From the NCBI GenBank assembly GCA_965205505.1, contig CBDBHB010000009.1, positions 2,016,001 through 2,080,000 of the forward strand: DNA of 64,000 bases. The letters are read 5' to 3'. Shown here piece after piece: positions 19,937 through 30,977 of the stretch; positions within the stretch are counted from its first letter, which is position 1, and the number at the start of each line of letters is the position of its first letter. The stretch comes from Acidobacteriota bacterium. Lineage in GTDB: Bacteria > Acidobacteriota > UBA890 > WLXD01. The notes beneath the pieces were generated by a model. That model worked only from the letters and a program-made list of their open reading frames with translations, was not told where the DNA came from and did no database searches. Made by a program: the position numbers and the translations under genes.

Positions 19937-21361
19937 ATGACGGCTGCCAAGCAGGTCATCGAGCCGGATATGACTCCCGTCCAAAAGTTAGGTGAGGCGA
20001 TCGCCGACCGGGTAGAGCGGTGGATGCCGAGCCCGTTCCTCTTCGCGATCCTCCTGACCTACGTCGCCGCGGGCGCCGCATTTATCTCGGAAGGGTCGGC
20101 AGTGACCGAGATCGCCCTGTCATGGTACGGAGGCTTCTGGGCCCTACTGCAGTTCGCGATGCAGATGGTGATCATCCTCGTGACGGCCAATGTGGTGGCG
20201 TATCACCCACGGGTGAGGGGTGTGATCCTAAGCCTCGTTCGGATTCCCAAGAATGGTCGGCAGGCCGTCGTTCTGGTAGGCGTGGGATCGATGCTGACCG
20301 GATGGATCTCCTGGGGTTTGGGGCTCATCTTCGGAGGGATCATGGCCCGCGAGATGGGCAAGCACGCCGCCCGAAAGGGGATGGCTGCGCACTATCCGTT
20401 GTTGGCCGTGGCGGGCTACATGGGGATGAGCCTCACGTGGGGATGGGGGCTGTCCAGTTCCGCCGGTCTCCTTCAAGCGACCGAGGGAAACGCGCTGATG
20501 CAGATGGGCTTCGTCGATCGCGTGATCCCCTCGACGGAGTGGGTGTTCCACCGCTATCCGCTGATTCTCACAGCGCTGTCGATCATCTTCTGCTCGATCA
20601 TGCTGTATCTGCTGAGCCCGCCCGATCAGAACTGCAGGCCGATCGGGTATTACGTGGACGACGACGGTGGGGATGCTCAACCGGAGAGGACCCCGGCCGC
20701 GCAAAAGGAAACCGCCGGCGCCGCCAAGCCTGCGATAGCCGACAGGATCGACAACAGCAGGATCCTCGGGGGCGTCCTCGCGTTAACCGGTGTCGTGCTG
20801 TTTCTGAGGCAGTTCTTCACGCAAGGCCTCGGGGCGCTGGACCTGAATAACTTCAACTTCGGGTTCCTGATGATCGGGCTCTTGCTCTACGCCAGTCCCA
20901 CCAAGTACCTGCGCGAGTTCTACGACGCCGTTCAGGGGAGCGCGGGAGTCGTCCTGCTCTTCCCGTTCTACGCTGGCATCATCGGAATCATGACCGGGAC
21001 GGGGCTGGTCGATACGATGACCGCCTCGCTGCTCTCGATCGCCACACCGGAGAACTTCGCGGTGACCGCCTGGATCACCGGTGGGGTCCTCAATATCTTC
21101 GTGCCGTCAGCCGGAGGTGAGTGGGCGATCATCGGCGGCCCCATGATGGTGGCCGGTGCCGAGTTGGGTATCCCTCACGGCCAAACGATCGCCGCCTACG
21201 CGGTCGGGGACGCACACACGAACCTCCTCAACCCGTTTTGGGCGATCCCGCTGCTGGCCATCACCGGCCTCCGTGCTCGGGACATGTTCGGCTACGCGAT
21301 CACCATGATGATCTTGCTCGTCCCATTTCTGGCGATCGTGCTCTACGTTCTGCCCTACTGA
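19937..21361 (+). CDS. atoE: Short-chain fatty acid transporter (AtoE/TIGR00366)
   Basis: MPSPFLFA, FAMQM, GLSSSA, FPFYAGI, NIFVPSAGGEW, PFWAIPLL. Confidence 0.88.
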   Translation: MTAAKQVIEPDMTPVQKLGEAIADRVERWMPSPFLFAILLTYVAAGAAFISEGSAVTEIALSWYGGFWALLQFAMQMVIILVTANVVAYHPRVRGVILSLVRIPKNGRQAVVLVGVGSMLTGWISWGLGLIFGGIMAREMGKHAARKGMAAHYPLLAVAGYMGMSLTWGWGLSSSAGLLQATEGNALMQMGFVDRVIPSTEWVFHRYPLILTALSIIFCSIMLYLLSPPDQNCRPIGYYVDDDGGDAQPERTPAAQKETAGAAKPAIADRIDNSRILGGVLALTGVVLFLRQFFTQGLGALDLNNFNFGFLMIGLLLYASPTKYLREFYDAVQGSAGVVLLFPFYAGIIGIMTGTGLVDTMTASLLSIATPENFAVTAWITGGVLNIFVPSAGGEWAIIGGPMMVAGAELGIPHGQTIAAYAVGDAHTNLLNPFWAIPLLAITGLRARDMFGYAITMMILLVPFLAIVLYVLPY

Positions 21362-21419
21362 GATCCGCGCGTAGGAGGCACCATGTGTTACATGGCGGCA
21401 TTCGTCGACCAGGCGTACT

Positions 21420-21550
21420 CGTCGTGACGGCTTGGGGCATCCCGGCGGCGGCGCTTGCTCAGACTGGAATCTACGAGCTCGTCTCCAATTGGCCGAATGT
21501 TCCCTCCGGAATGTTCTTCGGGTCAGGTGAGGGTTGGCCAGATCGGAACC
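21420..21550 (+). pseudogene. N-terminal fragment of an exported (NHL-like) protein
   Basis: AAALAQTGIYELVSNWPNVP signal-cleavage region, then the frame is lost. Confidence 0.3.
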
Positions 21551-21595
21551 TCTTCATTCTAAAGAAGTACCGAGGGAGGGACGACTGAACGATAG

Positions 21596-23896
<2,301 letters not shown>

Positions 23897-23966
23897 TCAT
23901 TGCGGTCGCCTAGACATGTTCTACACACGTGTGTAGCTTGCCTAGGAGTCCAATGCGGCTGGACGG

Positions 23967-24010
23967 GGCCTATCATCAGAGTCACGAGATCCAACGGAGA
24001 GGGCAGGGGA
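23967..24010 (-). promoter_or_regulatory. Dispersed promoter-like repeat copy 5
   Basis: TTGGAT-N16-TAGGCC; shares the GGAGAGGGCAGGG flank with copy 7. Confidence 0.6.
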
Positions 24011-24043
24011 TACCCTAGGGCGCAGCACCCCAGAAGGGAGGAA

Positions 24044-24115
24044 GTAGCCCCAATCACCCCGAGTTGGAACCGGATTCAGGAAGAACTCAGGAGCCTGGAT
24101 CGGTTCTCCGCCTGA
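24044..24115 (+). repeat. att-scar-like repeat (VAPITPSWNRI)
   Basis: GTAGCCCCAATCACCCCGAGTTGGAACCGGAT; homologous to 18430. Confidence 0.65.
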
Positions 24116-24149
24116 TTCGGAGGCTGCCAGTGGGGGGTGGGCCAGCGCT

Positions 24150-24184
24150 TGAAGCCTATTGTTAGCGCCGGCACGAACCAACGG
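24150..24184 (-). promoter_or_regulatory. Dispersed promoter-like repeat copy 6
   Basis: TGAAGCCTA...GAACCAACGG; minus strand reads TTGGTT-N17-TAGGCT. Confidence 0.55.
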
Positions 24185-24259
24185 TAGGCGTAGCGGAGTG
24201 GGCCTCCCCCGATTTCCCGGACACCTTTGGAAGTCCGATAATGGGCTCGGAGGTGAAGC

Positions 24260-24553
24260 ATGGGGTCACGACGGCGGTACAGTCGCGAGTTCAAGATTGA
24301 GGCAGTGAGGATGGTGACGCAGCTGGGCCATCCGGTGTCTGAGGTGGCCCGGGATCTGGGTGTTGGCCGCGGCATGTTGACCAAGTGGCGCAAACAGCTC
24401 CAGGAGCAGGGGGTCACGGCGTTTCCGGGCGCGGGGAAGATGCCCGACCAGGACCTGGACGGGCAACAGCTACGGCGGGACGTGCGGCGAGTACGGCAGG
24501 AGCGCGACATTCTAAAAAAAGCGTTGGCGATCTTCTCGGAACGCCCGCGATGA
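24260..24553 (+). CDS. IS3 transposase OrfA
   Basis: RRYSREFKIEAV helix-turn-helix, ERDILKKA; A7G -1 frameshift site at 24514-24521. Confidence 0.92.
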   Translation: MGSRRRYSREFKIEAVRMVTQLGHPVSEVARDLGVGRGMLTKWRKQLQEQGVTAFPGAGKMPDQDLDGQQLRRDVRRVRQERDILKKALAIFSERPR

Positions 24554-25545
24554 AGTACCCGATCATCAAGCAACTGTCCGGCAAGTTCCCGGTGCGGCGG
24601 TTGTGCAAGATGCTCGAGGTGTCTCACGGCGGTTACTACGAGTGGCGAGGAAGGGGGCCGAGCCCGAGAGCGCGAGAAGATCGCCGTCTACGTGTGCAGA
24701 TCAGAGCTGCATTCCGAGAGAGCCGCGACCGTTACGGAAGTCCGCGCATCCACAAGCAACTTCGGCAACGAGGGATCCGCTGCTCTCGCAAGCGGGTAGC
24801 TCGGCTGATGCGCCAGGAAGGACTTCGAGCTCGCCAACCCCGTCGGTTCCGGGTGACAACACGGCCCACACCTGGCCGGTCAGCGGCGCCCAACGTGCTG
24901 GCACGGCGCTTCACGGTGGATGCCGTGGACAGCGTCTGGGTGGGCGACCTGACATACCTGTGGACGCAGGAAGGATGGCTATACCTGGCCGTGCTGATGG
25001 ATCTGTGCTCGCGACGGATCATCGGCTGGGCGGTGAGCGAGACGATGACGGACGATTTGACGCTGGCGGTCCTGGATCAGGCCTTGGAGCAACGCCGTCC
25101 CGGTTCCGGAGTGCTCCATCACAGCGACCGCGACAGCCAGTACAGCAGCGACGATTACCTAGACAAGCTGCGTGACCGTGGCTTCACCATCAGCATGAGC
25201 AGGAAAGGAGACTGCTGGGATAACGCGCCGATGGAGAGTTTCTTCTCTACCCTGAAGTTCCAACTCGGTGGCTGCTTCAGTTCCCGGGCGGCGGCCCGAG
25301 CCGAGTTGTTCCACTACATCGAAGTGTTCTACAACCGGGCTCGCATGCACACCTGGATCGGAGACCAGAGTCCGGCTCAGTTCGAGGCGGCAATGCGGCG
25401 GCCAGGCCAGAGCGGCCAATCAGCTGTGGAAGCTGACGCGCCCGTGGAAATCGACTCCCGATTTCCACCGTCGCTTGGACAACGCTCCGCGTTGCCAACA
25501 GCTCCCACAGCCGCTAATACGACTACGACAATGGATCTTAACTAA
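24550..25545 (+). CDS. IS3 transposase OrfB (DDE)
   Basis: YGSPRI, WVGDLTY, HHSDRDSQY, CWDNAPMESFF. Confidence 0.92.
   Translation: MKYPIIKQLSGKFPVRRLCKMLEVSHGGYYEWRGRGPSPRAREDRRLRVQIRAAFRESRDRYGSPRIHKQLRQRGIRCSRKRVARLMRQEGLRARQPRRFRVTTRPTPGRSAAPNVLARRFTVDAVDSVWVGDLTYLWTQEGWLYLAVLMDLCSRRIIGWAVSETMTDDLTLAVLDQALEQRRPGSGVLHHSDRDSQYSSDDYLDKLRDRGFTISMSRKGDCWDNAPMESFFSTLKFQLGGCFSSRAAARAELFHYIEVFYNRARMHTWIGDQSPAQFEAAMRRPGQSGQSAVEADAPVEIDSRFPPSLGQRSALPTAPTAANTTTTMDLN
25423..25511. other. Nested-hairpin (three-way junction) structured element at the IS3 3' end
   Basis: Outer stem 25423-25435/25499-25511; inner stems 25444-25453/25459-25468 and 25475-25485/25489-25498. Confidence 0.65.
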
Positions 25546-25674
25546 GTGTCCGGGAAAGCGGGGCAAGGTCAAAGTGGCGACGTGCCCGTTTTCGCGTCAG
25601 GAACACCGATGACCTAGTCTTGTGATGTTGTCGTCTCGTTTGCCCGTCCAGCCAAGTTCGAGGGAGGCCACACT

Positions 25675-26184
25675 GTGAGGAGCCTGATGCCAAAACGCCT
25701 GACCGTGTTGCAGGTAGCGCTGATCCTGATCGGCTCGGCCGCAAGCGCTCACGCCCAAACCGAGTCGCGGGATCCGTTGATCGGCACCTGGACACTCAAC
25801 GCCGAGAAGTCGGTCTTTGGCGGCAACGCGCCTCCGCCGACCAGCCTGACGAGGACGTTCGACTACACCAAAGACGGGCTGATGCTCGTGACGCTCGAGA
25901 CCGTGAACGCCCGTGGCCGCTCATTTCTGCACTGGTACTTGGGCTTCGACGGCAAGGAGTACCCGGAGTATTCAAGGGAATCCGGGGCGAAGCCGACATA
26001 CTGGCTCTCGGCTAAGGTGATCGATCCCTACACGAAGGAGGTGATAGATCGCGTTGCGGACCAAGACGAGCCATTCCTGATGATCACCTTTGCCGTCTCG
26101 AAAGACGGTGAGACCATGACGATGACGTACAAGGACATGGATGGTACGCCCGGCAACGTTGTCGTGTACGACAAGGTGTTCTAG
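25675..26184 (+). CDS. Secreted hypothetical protein (lipocalin-like beta fold possible)
   Basis: Signal peptide, DPLIGTWTLNAEKS, VSKDG, VYDK. Confidence 0.7.
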   Translation: MRSLMPKRLTVLQVALILIGSAASAHAQTESRDPLIGTWTLNAEKSVFGGNAPPPTSLTRTFDYTKDGLMLVTLETVNARGRSFLHWYLGFDGKEYPEYSRESGAKPTYWLSAKVIDPYTKEVIDRVADQDEPFLMITFAVSKDGETMTMTYKDMDGTPGNVVVYDKVF

Positions 26185-26204
26185 GTAGCCTCAATGCGGT
26201 CCCG

Positions 26205-26394
26205 CGCCATGGACGGCTGCGATGTGTGGATGGTTCAGGGCTGCGGCAGCGCGAGCCTCCTGCTCGAAACGAGCGAGGCGCTCGGGGTCAGAGGCGAACT
26301 CGGCGGGCAGCACCTTGATGGCCACCTTGCGGCCCAGGCGCGTGTCCTGCGCCAGGTACACCTCGCCCATGCCGCCAGCACCGAGCTGCTCGGT
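26205..26394 (-). pseudogene. Ser/Thr kinase N-terminal fragment lacking its start codon
   Basis: Near-identical to about 36216-36400 ([26 protein letters not shown]). Confidence 0.85.
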
Positions 26395-26414
26395 GGCGCT
26401 ACCAGGGAGGGTTA

Positions 26415-26470
26415 GGTGAGCGCGTGAAGCGTATCGTCAGAGACGGCGAGATCCAACGGAGAGGGCAGGG
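26415..26470 (-). promoter_or_regulatory. Dispersed promoter-like repeat copy 7
   Basis: TTGGAT-N17-TACGCT-TCACGCGCTCACC upstream of the kinase fragment. Confidence 0.7.
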
Positions 26471-26503
26471 AAGGCGCAGGTGGGGCGTTGCGAAAAAGAG
26501 GTA

Positions 26504-26571
26504 GTAGCCCCAATGGCGAGGATGTTGAACACCACATGCAGTACGTGGCGCGCCTCGCGAGGGTCGGCTGA
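26504..26571 (+). repeat. att-scar-like repeat
   Basis: GTAGCCCCAAT core; CTCGCGAGGGTCGGCTGA end resembles 18484-18501. Confidence 0.5.
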
Positions 26572-26576
26572 GCGTC

Positions 26577-26765
26577 CTACGGGTCCGTCGGCACGAGCCG
26601 GTTTAGCTCCTCGAACCAGTTGGTGACCAGCATCACGTTCCCGACGCCGCTCAGCGATTGGGTGGCGGCTTCCAGCATCACGAAACGCTGCCCGTCCCCC
26701 GTCACATCGAAGTCCGAGGCACCGTTGGCGTATCCGTTCAAACCGCCCAGGAAGTCCCCCTCTGA
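26577..26765 (-). pseudogene. C-terminal fragment of a kinase-PD40 protein
   Basis: DFDVTGDGQRFVM...VTNWFEELNRLVPTDP stop; matches the 38770-38912 and 59407 ends. Confidence 0.8.
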
Positions 26766-27026
26766 CAAAGTAGCCCCAAGGGGATTGACCGGTTGCAATG
26801 CCGATTGGCGGTGGTGAGTAGCGGGTGGTTCGAGGCGGGTACTAGGGGCGCTTGACGCGCGTGGCGTCCACCTCGCCTCCGTCGCTCGGTTGCGTTGTAC
26901 CGCCGCTCGATCGTCGCTACGCTCGGTCGCATGCAGGAACGCACAGGTATCGCCACGCCGATCGGCCGGTCGAAGCCCTTGGACCGAGGCGGGCGTTGCT
27001 GCGGCCGTGATCAGGCGCGGGGCAAC

Positions 27027-27206
27027 GAGTTGATCCTGGGACTGCCTTCGGGAACAGTTTCGTTGCACCGCGCGCACGACGAGTGGGCGCGCGCGTTCGA
27101 ACACGAGGCACAGCGCATCGAGTCGGCGATCGGTCCGTACATCCTCGATGTCCGCCACATCGGGAGTACGGCGATCAAGGGCGTGCCCGCCAAGCCCATT
27201 CTCGAC
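27027..27206 (+). pseudogene. GrpB-family nucleotidyltransferase N-terminal fragment
   Basis: WARAFEHEAQRI...HIGSTAIKGVPAKPILD signature. Confidence 0.8.
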
Positions 27207-28100
27207 CGCCTACGCTACGTGATGGAGGCCCACGTGATGCCGACGCTGGGCGAGGTGCCCGTGGACCGGCTGACGGCGAACCGCATCCGGCGGTGGCATG
27301 AAGCCTTGGCCGATAAACCGGCCCACGTGCGGACCTCGAAGCACAGCCGGAAGCGCCAGGTACGCCACGCCAAGACCGCTGATGAGAAGCGCGCCCGCAA
27401 GGTCACCGCGAATCGGTCGCTGACGGCGCTGAAGGCGGCGCTACACCGGCGATGGCTCGGCAACCGCCGTGTGGTCGGGCCGTGGTCGGAGGTAGCGCCG
27501 TTCCGCGACGTGGACCGAAGCAGGGACCGCTACCTCGACACCGATGAAGCGCAGCGGCTCGTGAACGCGTGTGAGCCGGACTTTCGCGCCCTGGTGCAGG
27601 GAGCGGTCTACACGGGGCAGCGATATGGCGAGCTGGCGCGGCTGCGCGTCGCGGACGTGAACCTCGACGCCTGCGCCGTCGCGGTGCGCGAATCGAAGAG
27701 TGGAAAGCCGCGCTACGTGTTCCTGAACGACGAGGCGCTGGCGTTCTTCGAGGCGCAGGCTGCCGGCTGCGGTGGAGACGAGACGCTGTTCCGGCGAGCC
27801 GACGGCGAGCCCTGGGGCCATGGGCACCAACACAAGCGCATGAAGGCCGCCTGCGAGCGGGCCGGGATCGACCCACCCATCGGGTTCCACGGGTTTCGGC
27901 ACGGCTACGCCTCGTCCTATCTCATGAACGGTGGCGGTCTGCCGGACCTGGCAAAGCAGTTGGGGCACACGAGCACCCGGATGGTGGAAGAACACTACGG
28001 CCATCTCGCCGACGCCTGGCGCGCGGAGCGGGCGCGGCAGTTCGCGCCGACCCTAGGAGTGAAGCCGGGCAAGGTGCGGAGGATGCGAGGGCGCAGGTAA
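27207..28100 (+). CDS. Tyrosine recombinase/integrase, N-terminally truncated and fused in frame to the GrpB fragment (ORF 26895-28100)
   Basis: TGQRYGEL, KSGK, HGFRH, LGH and HYGH catalytic residues. Confidence 0.88.
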   Translation, partial: RLRYVMEAHVMPTLGEVPVDRLTANRIRRWHEALADKPAHVRTSKHSRKRQVRHAKTADEKRARKVTANRSLTALKAALHRRWLGNRRVVGPWSEVAPFRDVDRSRDRYLDTDEAQRLVNACEPDFRALVQGAVYTGQRYGELARLRVADVNLDACAVAVRESKSGKPRYVFLNDEALAFFEAQAAGCGGDETLFRRADGEPWGHGHQHKRMKAACERAGIDPPIGFHGFRHGYASSYLMNGGGLPDLAKQLGHTSTRMVEEHYGHLADAWRAERARQFAPTLGVKPGKVRRMRGRR

Positions 28101-28109
28101 AACGGGGAT

Positions 28110-28898
28110 GTGACCATGCACAGATCGGCCACCGCCGCCGCCCGGCAGCGCAAGGTGCACAAGCTGGCGGACGATCTAGAGCGCGCGCTGCGGGCGCTCG
28201 AAGATGCCCACGAGCGCGGCGACGAGCGCGATGTTCTCGCCCGCTTCGAAGCCGTGATCGATGAGCTGGGCGCGGGTCTCGTGTGGGCGGCGATGCTCGC
28301 GGACATGCCGTGGCGACTGAGCGCTGCTCGCCGGGCCGCGCTAGCGATTTACGCACGCGACCAGCACCATGGCGTCGCCTGGATGGCGAAGCTAGACCTC
28401 GCACTCACTGCGCTAATCGAAGTGGTGGGCGCGTGGTCGGAACCGTGGCGGGGGCGGATCGGCTCCGGCCCCGGCAGCGGCAAGCCGAGGGACGAAGCAG
28501 GCGAGATCACGGAGATCATCCCTGTCGAGCAGCCGATCGAGGACCTGCTGGTATGGCTGCGGCAGGAAGCACTCGCGCGGGCAATTGCCGCCTTGGACAC
28601 CTACATCCCGCTCGCCGTCACCCGGGCCGTGCGAGAGTCCGACTGGCCCAAGGACCGCAGGCCCACCGTCGAGGATGACGAAATCGGGGCCGTCCGCCAG
28701 AACGAGGCCCTGGCCGCCGTCTACGAGGCCACCACGACTGTCCGGCAGCGCGAGGTGCTAGAGGCTATGGAGCGCCACGCCGAAGATGCCGACGACGGCA
28801 ACGAGATCCGATGCCGCGCCGCCGCCGACCTCGACATGTCCCGCGCCAATCTCCGCAACATCATCAAGCGCATCATCGACGGCCGCGAAAAGAAGTAG
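28110..28898 (+). CDS. Hypothetical protein with C-terminal HTH
   Basis: TVRQREVL...AAADLDMSRANLRNIIKRI. Confidence 0.55.
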   Translation: MTMHRSATAAARQRKVHKLADDLERALRALEDAHERGDERDVLARFEAVIDELGAGLVWAAMLADMPWRLSAARRAALAIYARDQHHGVAWMAKLDLALTALIEVVGAWSEPWRGRIGSGPGSGKPRDEAGEITEIIPVEQPIEDLLVWLRQEALARAIAALDTYIPLAVTRAVRESDWPKDRRPTVEDDEIGAVRQNEALAAVYEATTTVRQREVLEAMERHAEDADDGNEIRCRAAADLDMSRANLRNIIKRIIDGREKK

Positions 28899-28991
28899 GC
28901 GGCGCCACGTTACGCCGCATCCTCGAATTCGCATAGGTACGCGTAGGCCGGACGACTACGCAACCCTATTGCGAGTGGAGGTGACGCGGCG

Positions 28992-29189
28992 ATGAAGCAG
29001 GTCGACCGAGTTTTCCTGAGCATCAACACAGGGCCAACGCCCCGCGACGCGGTGCCGGTGGTCGCCACCGAGGACCCGGCGATCGTCGATGCTGCGCTCT
29101 TGGCCGTCTGCCGGCGGCTCGGACGCGGGCTCGACGACCCGGACCCTGACCCGCCGCCCGGCGAGGAGGTGCGTCGTGGGCGCGTCTGA
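28992..29189 (+). CDS. Small hypothetical protein of the element
   Basis: GGAGGT RBS; overlaps the next gene. Confidence 0.55.
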   Translation: MKQVDRVFLSINTGPTPRDAVPVVATEDPAIVDAALLAVCRRLGRGLDDPDPDPPPGEEVRRGRV

Positions 29190-29379
29190 CGGACGTGCCG
29201 TCGGCCAGGTTGCTGTTGGGCTCCGCGACGGCGCGAAACTGCTCGGGCTGGGAACGAACGCGCTCTACACGGCGTTGCGCGAGGGTCACGGCCCGAGGAC
29301 TTTCCGCGTGGGTCGTCGCCACCTTGTGCGTGTCGCAGAGCTTGAGCGCTGGGCTCGCGAGCTGGAGGCACAGGGGTAG
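29176..29379 (+). CDS. Excisionase/AlpA-like HTH protein
   Basis: GAKLLGLGTNALY...PRTFRVGRRHLVRVAELERW; GAGGAGG RBS. Confidence 0.75.
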   Translation: MGASDGRAVGQVAVGLRDGAKLLGLGTNALYTALREGHGPRTFRVGRRHLVRVAELERWARELEAQG

Positions 29380-29530
29380 CCCACCTGGACGGAACAACTC
29401 TTGGAGGGGTCCGACAGTTATCGCACCGAACCAAGTCTGTAGCTTCCGACGGAGGTCGCAATGCCGCGTAACAAGAATAACCCCGACCGGTGGGCCGCCG
29501 GCCGGGGCAATTTGTCTCCGCGAACTCGTG

Positions 29531-29881
29531 ATGCATTCGATCTCAACGTATCACAGCCGGTTCTACGCGGAGATGAAAGTGATGCCACAGGTAGCGAGGG
29601 AGGTAGCCCAGCGGGTCCGCAAGCTGGTGGAGGAGCACGGGTTCAGACAGCTGATGCTTGCGTTGAACCTGAACGCCATGGGCGACCCCGAGAGTCTGCG
29701 CAGGGCAGCCATACTCCTCGCCATGGTGAGAGCCCCAGAGATGAGCAGTTACGCGCAGACTTGGCCCACGCCGAGATGCGAATCCGGGGAGTCTCCTCCG
29801 GACCCCCGGACAGACTGGATACAGACCGGAACCAGACCGGAAACCGACCCGACTCCCGAAGGGAAACGGACTGGAGGGTGA
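29531..29881 (+). CDS. Hypothetical protein
   Basis: ATG at 29531; GTGA overlap with the next ORF. Confidence 0.45.
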   Translation: MHSISTYHSRFYAEMKVMPQVAREVAQRVRKLVEEHGFRQLMLALNLNAMGDPESLRRAAILLAMVRAPEMSSYAQTWPTPRCESGESPPDPRTDWIQTGTRPETDPTPEGKRTGG

Positions 29882-30669
29882 ATCTCGCTGCTGACGACTT
29901 GGGAGGGATTCTCGATCTTCACCGAGGCAACCTCGATGAAGTTGTTCTGGACGCCGTTAAGCGAAACGAACGCGAGCTGGCGCTTGTCGGGTCGGGGGAC
30001 CCGCTTGCAACTGACAGGCGTTACCAGAGTTCAGCTTGGAGGCTGGCCTCGGAGCTTCGGGGGCACCCGCTCTTTGCCGATCACGAGTCTTACGAAGCCG
30101 TGGCGAAGGTCGACGCAGTACTCGCGGGGCACGGCGGCTGGGACGCTGTCTCGCAGCACGACGTGATGGTATGCGGACACGAGGTGTCGCACCTGGAGAG
30201 CGACCCGAGGGAGGACTTCATCTCTTGCTGGTCTGAGATCAAGACTCCGTTGTCTCCCGCATATCACCCCGAGATAGCCCTGCCTCCTGCGAACGAGTTC
30301 CCCTTATCTTCCGATCGGTGGCAGGCCGACTCCGACGCGTGCTACCGCCTGGCGATTTCGATTTGCTACTGGTTCGCGCAGCTCTTGGGCAACGAGGGCC
30401 GGTTCTTCATGTCGTGCCGGATGCTGGCGGGTCTTGTCGGGAAGCCGCACACGACAGCAGCCTCGTATCTTCGCAGGGCTGTTGCAGAGGGGGCGCTTGA
30501 ATTGCGGCGAAAGGGCGTCCGTGGGAGGACCTCACGCTACAGGTTCAGATTCGCGGTCGTCGCCTTTGCTGACGAGTCCCCTGCCAGCGTCGAACATGAC
30601 GGTAGCGGTGCAGTACCACAGGACCAGCCCGTACCTGCCACGTCGGTGTCCGTTAGAGGGGTTGCGTAA
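29878..30669 (+). CDS. Putative replication/DNA-binding protein with C-terminal winged HTH
   Basis: FFMSCRMLAGLVGKPHTTAASYLRRAV...RTSRYRF. Confidence 0.5.
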   Translation: MNLAADDLGGILDLHRGNLDEVVLDAVKRNERELALVGSGDPLATDRRYQSSAWRLASELRGHPLFADHESYEAVAKVDAVLAGHGGWDAVSQHDVMVCGHEVSHLESDPREDFISCWSEIKTPLSPAYHPEIALPPANEFPLSSDRWQADSDACYRLAISICYWFAQLLGNEGRFFMSCRMLAGLVGKPHTTAASYLRRAVAEGALELRRKGVRGRTSRYRFRFAVVAFADESPASVEHDGSGAVPQDQPVPATSVSVRGVA

Positions 30670-30692
30670 AACTTTTACGATGGAGTGCGAAG

Positions 30693-30923
30693 ATGACGAT
30701 CAAGACGAAAATTATGGTGAAGGCGACGCGTGCCCAGGTAGCGGAGGAGAGCGAGGGGAGATGCGCCCTTGCTCACTCCGAGCACGGGCGGTGCGCTAGG
30801 AGTGTGAAGTCGGAGGATCACCACATCATCCGGCGGGGCGAGGGGGGTACCGACGAGCTTGAGAACCGCGTCCGGGTCTGCCCTGACCACCACCGGCAAA
30901 TCCATCAGCAGCAGGCACCCTGA
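30693..30923 (+). CDS. HNH endonuclease domain
   Basis: C...C...HHIIRRGEGGTDELEN...CPDHH. Confidence 0.8.
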   Translation: MTIKTKIMVKATRAQVAEESEGRCALAHSEHGRCARSVKSEDHHIIRRGEGGTDELENRVRVCPDHHRQIHQQQAP

Positions 30924-30977
30924 CTATATCGTGTCCATTATTCTACCGGTGGGCGGCGGACCAAAGCTAAAGGCGCG

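Larger units (their letters stand above)
24199..25571 (+). mobile_element. IS3 family insertion sequence
   Basis: Imperfect TG...CA inverted repeats (TGGGCCTCCCCCGATTTCCCGGACAC / GTGTCCGGGAAAGCGGGGCAAGGTCA), orfA and orfB; no clear target duplication. Confidence 0.92.

Noticed and set aside
30921-30923. Selenocysteine or programmed read-through at the HNH TGA
   Set aside because: Not a catalytic Cys position and no evident SECIS hairpin; a nonsense mutation is simpler
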